From contig JBDRZD010000010.1 in the NCBI GenBank assembly GCA_039803745.1, positions 1-14,168 on the forward strand: 14,168 nt of DNA. The letters run 5' to 3'. Below the pieces are notes generated by a model, which saw only the letters and a program-made list of their open reading frames with translations, was not told the DNA's origin and searched no databases. Source of the DNA: a candidate division WOR-3 bacterium. GTDB lineage: Bacteria; Hydrothermota; Hydrothermia; Hydrothermales; Hydrothermaceae. How positions within the stretch are numbered: position 1 is the first letter of the stretch; each line of letters opens with the position of its first letter. The translations under genes were made by a program, and so were the position numbers. Shown here in pieces: positions 7,442 through 14,168 of the stretch.

Positions 7442-7873
7442 ATGAAAAAAATAATATTCCTTTTCTTTTTTTTAATTTCCTGTAATCATAAAAAAGAGGC
7501 AGATAAATATTTCAATAAGGCTTATGAATTTTTATATCTCAAAAATGCTGATAGTGCCTTATTTTATTTAAATAAGGGTCTTGAATTAAATCCTGAAAAG
7601 GCAGAAGGATACAACATGAGAGGGACTGCATATCATCTTCTATATGAAGCAAAAAAAGATACTTTTTATATTTTAAAAGAAATTGAAGATTATAAAAGAG
7701 CAATGAAGATTGATTCTACAATGTGGGAGCCTTATATAAATTTAGGTGTGGCACTTTATATTTTTGGTAAAAAGAAAGAAGCTGTTCCTTATTTGAAAAA
7801 AGGATTAAAATTAAATCCAGGATATGGCGCAAGGAAAAAAGTTGAGGAAATGATAAAAGAAGGTGAAAAATGA
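7442..7873 (+). CDS. TPR-repeat lipoprotein
   Basis: MKKIIFLFFFLISC signal peptide with lipobox-like LISC; TPR-like helices (YFNKA..ALFYLNKGLELNP, GYNMRGTAY..YKRAMKIDS, YINLGVALY..AVPYLKKGLKLNP). Confidence 0.85.
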   Translation: MKKIIFLFFFLISCNHKKEADKYFNKAYEFLYLKNADSALFYLNKGLELNPEKAEGYNMRGTAYHLLYEAKKDTFYILKEIEDYKRAMKIDSTMWEPYINLGVALYIFGKKKEAVPYLKKGLKLNPGYGARKKVEEMIKEGEK

Positions 7874-9747
7874 AAATTTTGATAATCTGGTCTTTTTTTC
7901 AAATATTACCAGAAAATATAAAGGAAGAATTTTTTAAAAAAGAAATTAAGAATCCGTTAATTGAAAGAATAGACACTACCTTTGATATCCTTCATTATTT
8001 TATTGATCTTTATCCAATTCACGAGACTCATTTTCTTAAAGGTAAAAATAAAATAAGATTTAAATCCCTTATCTCTTCACTTGAAACTTTAAGAATAAAT
8101 TTAAAGGGAATGAATATAGATAGTGTTTTAAGAAATGGAATCCCTCAAAATTATATACATACTGATTCTACATTAAAAATAATTCTTTCTCCACCTTTGG
8201 TATCAAACGATTCAACAGAAGTTGATGTTTTTTATTCAGGTATTCCATCAGGTGGTCTTTATTTTAAGGACAGTATAATATATGCAGATAATGAGCCTTT
8301 TAGGACAAAAAGATGGATTCCTCTTTATGACCTTCCTTCTGACAAAGCCTTTTTAGATATGAGCATAAAAGTTCCGACAGGATACAAAGTAATAGCAAAT
8401 GGTTTGAAAACAGATTCTATTTTGCAGGATAGTGTAATAATTTATAAATTTAAAGAAAAATATAAAATAGCAAATTATTTAATTGTTTTTGCTGCTTCCC
8501 CTTATTTTGTTAATGTTAAGGATAGTTTTATTTATGGAAATTATAATATGCCGATATATAATTTTGTTTTTCCTCAGGATACAAACCTTGCTAAAAATAA
8601 ATTTCAAAGAATCTCTTGGATGCTTGAATACTTTTCGAATACTTTTGGAATATATCCTTTTATAGAAGAAAAATATGCCCATGTTCATGCTCCTATAGGT
8701 GGGGCAATGGAAAATCAAACAAATACATTTATAAATGTTCATCTTAATTGGGGAGGTGATTGGGATTGGGTAGTATCTCATGAACTTTCACATCACTGGT
8801 TTGGGGATCTTGTAACATGTAAAACATGGAAAGACATATGGTTAAATGAGGGTTTTGCTTCATATTGTGAGGCTTTATGGTTTGGTGAAAGAGATGGAGA
8901 GAGTGCATATCATAATTATATGAATGGAATGATGCAATATTATATTGAAAATGAGCCATATCCTCCTTTCCCTATTTATGACCCACCAATTCTATTTCAT
9001 TTTGCAGTTGTTTACAGAAAAGGGGCATCAGTTTTACACATGCTAAGACATGTAATAGGTGATTCAATATTTTTTGGAGCAATTAGAAATTACTTGCAGA
9101 ATTTTGCCTATTCTTCTGCAACAACAGAAGATTTAAGAAATGTATTTGAAATAACAAGCGGAAAAAATTTATGGTGGTTTTTTAATGAATGGGTATATTT
9201 ACCAGGGCATCCTGAATATAAATTTTTCTGGAATTATGATTCAATATCAATTGATTCTTTCAAGATTAATCTATTTATCTTTCAAGTCCAATCTCATAAT
9301 TACAATGTCCCAACTTATAAGATGCCAATTGATATATGGATATTATTTCCTCAAGGAGATACCTTTAAAACATTTGTATGGGATTCTCTTGATTCCCAAT
9401 CTTTTGAAATCTATGTAAACAAAAAGCCAGTTGACCTTTTCTTTGACCCTGAGAACTGGATTCTTAAAGAAGTTGAAGAAATTAAAGTTAAGGAAAATTA
9501 TTTTTCAAAGAAAAATGTGTTTAAAATTAGTTATATTGATGGAGAAATTTTGTTAAAATATTCAGGTGAAAAAGATATAAAAACAAAATTAAAAATATTT
9601 GATTTATCTGGAAGGAATTTGATTACCAAAGATTTATTTTTAACATCTAATAAATCACTTTATAAATTAAGTCTAAAACTTTCAAAGGGAATATATTTTA
9701 TAAAATTATATCCTTTCTTAGATACAAAGATTTATGTAATAAAATGA
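7870..9747 (+). CDS. M1-family zinc aminopeptidase with C-terminal T9SS/Por-like sorting domain
   Basis: GGAMEN (8698-8715), HELSH-x18-E (HELSHHWFGDLVT...WLNEGFA), catalytic Tyr in VYRKG, FDPENWIL. The tail KIFDLSGR...LSKGIYFIKL resembles type A T9SS CTDs. Confidence 0.92.
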   Translation: MKILIIWSFFQILPENIKEEFFKKEIKNPLIERIDTTFDILHYFIDLYPIHETHFLKGKNKIRFKSLISSLETLRINLKGMNIDSVLRNGIPQNYIHTDSTLKIILSPPLVSNDSTEVDVFYSGIPSGGLYFKDSIIYADNEPFRTKRWIPLYDLPSDKAFLDMSIKVPTGYKVIANGLKTDSILQDSVIIYKFKEKYKIANYLIVFAASPYFVNVKDSFIYGNYNMPIYNFVFPQDTNLAKNKFQRISWMLEYFSNTFGIYPFIEEKYAHVHAPIGGAMENQTNTFINVHLNWGGDWDWVVSHELSHHWFGDLVTCKTWKDIWLNEGFASYCEALWFGERDGESAYHNYMNGMMQYYIENEPYPPFPIYDPPILFHFAVVYRKGASVLHMLRHVIGDSIFFGAIRNYLQNFAYSSATTEDLRNVFEITSGKNLWWFFNEWVYLPGHPEYKFFWNYDSISIDSFKINLFIFQVQSHNYNVPTYKMPIDIWILFPQGDTFKTFVWDSLDSQSFEIYVNKKPVDLFFDPENWILKEVEEIKVKENYFSKKNVFKISYIDGEILLKYSGEKDIKTKLKIFDLSGRNLITKDLFLTSNKSLYKLSLKLSKGIYFIKLYPFLDTKIYVIK

Positions 9748-10472
9748 CGGAAATAGATAAGTTAAGGAAAGAAATATTTTCTTTGAATTCCCTTCTTGTT
9801 TTAACAGGTGCAGGAGTTTCGCAGGAAAGTGGTATTCCAACATTTAGAGGGAAAAATGGGTTATGGAGGAATTATGATGCAACACAACTTGCTACCCCTT
9901 ATGCTTTTGAAAATAATCCAAAACTTGTATGGGAATGGTACAACTGGAGAAGGGAGATAATTTTAAAGGCAAAACCAAATCCTGCTCATTATGGAATTAA
10001 AAAACTTGAGGAAATTATTTCTGATTTTTTACTTGTTACCCAAAATATAGATGATTTACACAGGGAGGCTGGTTCAAATAAAATTCTTGAAATCCATGGA
10101 AATATTTTCAGAACAAGATGTACAGGATGCGGTAAAAAAGAATTTGAGAAAAAAATATTTAAAAATGAAGAGTTGCCTCCAAAATGTAAAGATTGCAATA
10201 ATCTTTTAAGACCTGATGTTGTATGGTTTGGTGAGCCTATTGATGAAGAAATTTTTGCATCTATTTTAGAATTTGCTTTAAAATGTGAGGCAATCCTTGT
10301 TGTTGGCACATCAGCAGTAGTTTATCCTGCTGCTTCAATTCCTTATTATGTAAAGAAAAATGGAGGAAAAATTTTTGAAATAAATTTAGAGCCAACACAA
10401 ATTTCAGAGATTTCTGATATCAGTATTTTTGGAAAAGCAGGGGAGATTTTTGAGGAATTGATCACTCTATAA
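9744..10472 (+). CDS. cobB: NAD-dependent protein deacylase (class III sirtuin)
   Basis: GAGVSQESGIPTFRG, QNIDDLH, EIHG, Zn site CTGC...CKDC, RPDVVWFGE, GTSAVVYPAA; WYNWRR gives the YxxR motif. Confidence 0.95.
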   Translation: MTEIDKLRKEIFSLNSLLVLTGAGVSQESGIPTFRGKNGLWRNYDATQLATPYAFENNPKLVWEWYNWRREIILKAKPNPAHYGIKKLEEIISDFLLVTQNIDDLHREAGSNKILEIHGNIFRTRCTGCGKKEFEKKIFKNEELPPKCKDCNNLLRPDVVWFGEPIDEEIFASILEFALKCEAILVVGTSAVVYPAASIPYYVKKNGGKIFEINLEPTQISEISDISIFGKAGEIFEELITL

Positions 10473-13400
10473 ATTTTAATACTTGCAAAAATTTTTCAAG
10501 TTCAATGTTTTTTAAATCTTTAAGGAATTGATTTAAAAGAACTTCAAACCTATTTTCAAAATTTTTGTCAATTAAAGATAAGAAGTATAGAGCCCTTAAA
10601 AGGAGCCTATAGTTTTTAATCTCCTGAGCAATTTCTATACCTTTTATAAGTAAATCCTTTTTTTCATTTTCATTTTTTTTAAATAAACTTTCAATTACAT
10701 ATATTTCACCCTCTATGTCTTTACTTTTTAAATCTCTGTTAATTTCTTTTGCTTTTTCAAAATATTCCAAACTTTTATTTATTTCATTTAATATAAGATA
10801 AAGTTTGCATAAACCTATTAATGCTCTAAATTTTAAAAACGGTATATTAACATCTTCAAGTATTTCCAAAGATTTTTTATAAAATTCAAAAGATTTTTCT
10901 GGCTGGATAGTTAAAAAAATATCTCCAAAATTTATTAAACAGACAATTTGCATATCTTTTATATTATTTTCTTGAGATATTTTTAAAGATTCTTCATTTA
11001 GCTCTTTTGCTTTTTCTGTATTTCCCATGAAAAGATAAACTCTACTTTTCCCATAAAGAGCGTTTGCCATCTCGTTTGGTAAATGAAGTTCTTTTGCTAT
11101 TTGTATAGATTTATCTGTTATATCAAGTGCTTCTTCATAAAGACATTGCTTTATATATATTGTTCTCATATAATTGTATATAAGAGCAATATTTTTCTTT
11201 TTTTGAAAAATTGTAAATATATCAATTGCTTTTTTAAAATATTCAATCGCTTTCGGAGTTTCTCCTTTCGCAAAGTAATAATATCCAATATTTTGGTAGA
11301 TTATACCTATATAGTGTTTACTCTTTATAGATTCTGCTAATGATAAAGCCCTTTTTTGATATTCTAAACCCTCATCGTATTTACCAATTTTATAATAAGC
11401 ATAGCCAAGATTTAAAAAATTTAAAATAATTTTGTCTTTAACATCATGTTTTTCGTTTTCTTTAAGTGCTTCTTTATAATGATAGATTGCCTTATCAATT
11501 TCTTCTTTATAATAATATATTCCTCCAAGAGCATTTAAAACAGTTGCCTTAAAAGGGTCATGTTCTTTTAAAATATTTAAAACTTTAAAATAATATTTTT
11601 CTGCCTCTTCCAGTTTCCTTAATACGTGATAAGCCTCGCCAAGAAGATACAGAATTTCACACTTATTTTTATAATCTAATTTTTCTATTTCAATTTCTTT
11701 TTCAATTATTTCAATAACTTTTTTATATTCTCCTTTATATCCACCAATAATTTTAAGATATTCAATTAAAGCATTTATATTTTTTTTATTTTCCCATAGA
11801 TCCATTAAAATTTCTTCACTTTCTTTTATCTTTCCTGTAATTGAAAGATATTTACCCATTTCTATTTTTGCATTTTCTTTCTCTTTTTCATCTTCTGATA
11901 ATTCGATTATCTTTTTTAAATAATTTATCCCTTCTTCGTATAAAAAATTTTTAATAGATTTTTGAAAAGCAATTTTATAATAAAAAATGCTCTTTTCTTT
12001 TTTATTTGCTTTTTCATAATTATAGGCAATTAATGAGCAAAATTTTTCTCTTAAACTTTCATTTGATTCTATTTTTTCTGCAACAAAATTGTGTAAATTT
12101 TCTCTTGTTCTTTTCAAAAGGCTTTCAAGAATTATTTCTCTATAACGAGGAGATTTAAACCTGTAAATTTTATCATCTTCTTCTTGTTCAATTATTCCTG
12201 CCGAAATTAATTTTCTAATCTTTTGATGCAATTTTATTTTCTTTTCTTCTTTTATATAAGAAATTAATTCAATATCAAATTTTTCTCCCAAACAGGCTAA
12301 AATAGCTAATAAATTTTTTTCTTCCTCTTCTAATTTATCAAGGACCGCCCTTCCAAATTCTAAAAAAATTGATGGAATTTTAAACAAAGATAATTCTTTT
12401 TTAAGAAAGGGTAATATATTCACTGTGTAGAGGGGATTACCAAAAGTATTTTGATAAATTTTTAAGTATATTTCTTCATCTAATTCTTCAACATTTAAGG
12501 CACTTTTAATAAATTTTCTCATTTCCTCATAAGAAAGAGGTTCTAATTTTATTTCAAAAAAATTTTTAAAATCTTTAAAATTTTCATAGTAGGATGTTCT
12601 TACAGAAAGAATAAATAAAAATGGTATATCTTTTATTGTTTCAGAGAGATACTTTATAAGTCCGATAGAAAAATTATCTAAGAGGTGTGCATTTTCAACA
12701 ATAAAAACACAGAAATTTTTCTTACATAAAAATTCGAGAAATAATGAAAAAGCATAACACAATATATTTTTAATTTCTTCTTCTTTTTCAAATTTTATAT
12801 TAACTTTATCAGGGAAAAGGGCAAAATCAAGATATTCTCCTGCTTCTCTTTTTATTTCATCTTCTTTCATAAATTCTCGTAATGGATAAAACCTTTTCAG
12901 AAAACCTGAAAATCCTTTCAAGATGGAAAAAGATGAAGGGTCGGGATAAATCCAGTATATTTCGCATTCATCTTTTATAATTTTTTCAAATTCTTTTAAG
13001 AATCTTGTTTTACCTATCCCAATATCTCCTGTTAAAAAAAGAAAAACACTTTTTTCTTTTGCCTCATTATACTTTTCTTTTATTATTTCCATTTCTTTTT
13101 CTCTATTTATGAATATATTTTCAAGGAATATTTCATCATATTTTTCTATTTTTTTATAACCTTTAACTTCGTAAATTTTTATCTCTTCTTTTTTACCCTT
13201 TAATTTAACCTTTGGTAATTCTATAAATTCAAAAATTCTTTTAGCAAAATTATAAGTGTTTTCAGATACCCATATTTTTCCGGGTTCACATATTTCTTCA
13301 ATTCTCTCTGCAATGTTTACAGCATCACCCATTGCTGTATAATCTCCTTCTCTTTTTTTACCAATATATCCTGTAACAACTTCTCCTGTGTTAATTCCTA

Positions 13401-13803
13401 TTCTCAGACTTAAATTGACTCCTTTAGTTATTTCAGTAATTTCTTTATTAAACTCCTTTATTTTTTCCTGCATCTCGTAAGCTGCTTTAACTGCTCTTTC
13501 AGCGTCATCCCCATAGGAAACAGGAGCACCAAATAAAGCCATTATACAATCTCCTATATATTTATCTATATATCCCCGATTATTTTCTATTATCTCAGTC
13601 ATTCTTGAAAAAATTTTATCCATTATTTCTTTTACTTCTTCTGGAGATAATTTTTCTGATAGGGAAGTGAAACCTTTTAAATCAGCAAATAAAATACTAA
13701 CAACCCTTTTTTCTTCTTCAATTTTAAGTTTTAATTCTGCACCGCAATTTTCACAATAAATATTTTTTTCATCATTTTCATATCCACATTTTTTACATTT
13801 CAT
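10462..13803 (-). CDS. Zn-ribbon / class III adenylate cyclase / STAND-type ATPase / TPR multidomain signalling protein
   Basis: N-terminal CKKC..CENC; cyclase motifs LFADLKGFT, KYIGDCIMALFG, RIGINTG, YTAMGDAVNIAER; Walker A GDIGIGKT; Walker B-like FIVENAH; GNPLY (STAND GxP); multiple C-terminal TPR repeats. Confidence 0.93.
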   Translation of the reverse strand: MKCKKCGYENDEKNIYCENCGAELKLKIEEEKRVVSILFADLKGFTSLSEKLSPEEVKEIMDKIFSRMTEIIENNRGYIDKYIGDCIMALFGAPVSYGDDAERAVKAAYEMQEKIKEFNKEITEITKGVNLSLRIGINTGEVVTGYIGKKREGDYTAMGDAVNIAERIEEICEPGKIWVSENTYNFAKRIFEFIELPKVKLKGKKEEIKIYEVKGYKKIEKYDEIFLENIFINREKEMEIIKEKYNEAKEKSVFLFLTGDIGIGKTRFLKEFEKIIKDECEIYWIYPDPSSFSILKGFSGFLKRFYPLREFMKEDEIKREAGEYLDFALFPDKVNIKFEKEEEIKNILCYAFSLFLEFLCKKNFCVFIVENAHLLDNFSIGLIKYLSETIKDIPFLFILSVRTSYYENFKDFKNFFEIKLEPLSYEEMRKFIKSALNVEELDEEIYLKIYQNTFGNPLYTVNILPFLKKELSLFKIPSIFLEFGRAVLDKLEEEEKNLLAILACLGEKFDIELISYIKEEKKIKLHQKIRKLISAGIIEQEEDDKIYRFKSPRYREIILESLLKRTRENLHNFVAEKIESNESLREKFCSLIAYNYEKANKKEKSIFYYKIAFQKSIKNFLYEEGINYLKKIIELSEDEKEKENAKIEMGKYLSITGKIKESEEILMDLWENKKNINALIEYLKIIGGYKGEYKKVIEIIEKEIEIEKLDYKNKCEILYLLGEAYHVLRKLEEAEKYYFKVLNILKEHDPFKATVLNALGGIYYYKEEIDKAIYHYKEALKENEKHDVKDKIILNFLNLGYAYYKIGKYDEGLEYQKRALSLAESIKSKHYIGIIYQNIGYYYFAKGETPKAIEYFKKAIDIFTIFQKKKNIALIYNYMRTIYIKQCLYEEALDITDKSIQIAKELHLPNEMANALYGKSRVYLFMGNTEKAKELNEESLKISQENNIKDMQIVCLINFGDIFLTIQPEKSFEFYKKSLEILEDVNIPFLKFRALIGLCKLYLILNEINKSLEYFEKAKEINRDLKSKDIEGEIYVIESLFKKNENEKKDLLIKGIEIAQEIKNYRLLLRALYFLSLIDKNFENRFEVLLNQFLKDLKNIELEKFLQVLKFIE

Positions 13804-13809
13804 TAAGGA

Positions 13810-13817
13810 ATTTTATA
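13810..13817 (-). promoter_or_regulatory. Possible -10 box for leaderless expression of the cyclase gene
   Basis: Minus strand reads TATAAAAT-TCCTTA-ATG; no Shine-Dalgarno at normal spacing and no convincing -35. Confidence 0.35.
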
Positions 13818-13835
13818 ACTCTTCTTTTTCCTCTT

Positions 13836-14168
13836 CTATTTTAACAAAGCATAAAGGAAAGAACCTATTGGAATATATTGTCTTATATCTTTCTCTGTTC
13901 CATCAGGAAATACAACATATATCCATGTTTGGTGCTGGGGATCATCTGGTGGGTCTGTTACCCATATTTCTCCTTTAATTGATGCTGCAAGTTTTCCATC
14001 TTTTGTTATTTCACCGGTCACTGTATGATAGTAATGGGGGTCATAACCGGGATGCTGCGTATGAACAGGTGCTTTTATATCAATATAGAATTTCCATCCT
14101 TTTGTATCGCTGAACCAGAAGGTCTTTGAGCTGTCTTCGCGATTCTCAAAGAAGTAATTTAATGTATA
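13836..14168 (-). CDS. Hypothetical protein, C-terminal 110 aa (5' end outside the window)
   Basis: The frame of the 61-aa track ORF is open to the window edge: YTLNYFFENREDSSKTFWFSDTKGWKFYIDIKAPVHTQHPGYDPHYYHTVTGEITKDG...YALLK*. The GTG at 14021 is therefore probably internal. Confidence 0.75.
   Translation of the reverse strand, partial: YTLNYFFENREDSSKTFWFSDTKGWKFYIDIKAPVHTQHPGYDPHYYHTVTGEITKDGKLAASIKGEIWVTDPPDDPQHQTWIYVVFPDGTEKDIRQYIPIGSFLYALLK

Noticed and set aside
8479..11340. Short ORFs inside the peptidase, cobB and cyclase genes
   Set aside because: Shadow frames of AT-rich coding sequence with no independent support.
9744..13803. SIR2 + cyclase/STAND as a Thoeris-, Pycsar- or Avs-type defence operon
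   Set aside because: The sirtuin is a standalone Zn-binding CobB-type deacylase rather than a SIR2 NADase effector, the two genes are convergent, and no cNMP-binding effector is visible.
10462..13803. Horizontal acquisition suggested by lower GC than the kor/hdr genes
   Set aside because: Explained by the Lys/Ile/Glu/Phe-rich protein composition; dapF and the peptidase look similarly AT-rich, and no flanking repeats, integrase or tRNA are seen.
1..14168. CRISPR arrays, tRNA/rRNA, IS elements, riboswitches
   Set aside because: The longest intergenic gap is 80 bp, and I saw no spaced repeats, cloverleaf, transposase or structured leader.

Overview
AT-rich, gene-dense bacterial chromosomal window with no RNA genes, CRISPR arrays or mobile elements that I can support. 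Left half (minus strand): one tightly packed putative operon, korD-korA-korB-korC (four-subunit 2-oxoacid, probably 2-oxoglutarate:ferredoxin oxidoreductase), then hdrC-hdrB-hdrA with HdrA fused to an MvhD/FlxD-type [2Fe-2S] domain, then a dapF reading frame that the ORF track missed and that lacks a canonical start codon. An 80-bp divergent promoter region separates this from a plus-strand unit: TPR lipoprotein, M1 aminopeptidase with a T9SS/Por-like C-terminal sorting domain, and a class III sirtuin (CobB). Converging on that unit is a large Zn-ribbon/class III cyclase/STAND ATPase/TPR protein, preceded by the 3' end of an unknown gene. The best candidate for an undescribed system is the co-operonic Kor + HdrABC-MvhD module, which has no hydrogenase, Flx or formate dehydrogenase partner in the visible part of the operon. 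The T9SS-like tail and strong Shine-Dalgarno use suggest an anaerobic FCB-related lineage (e.g. WOR-3-like), but that is inference only.
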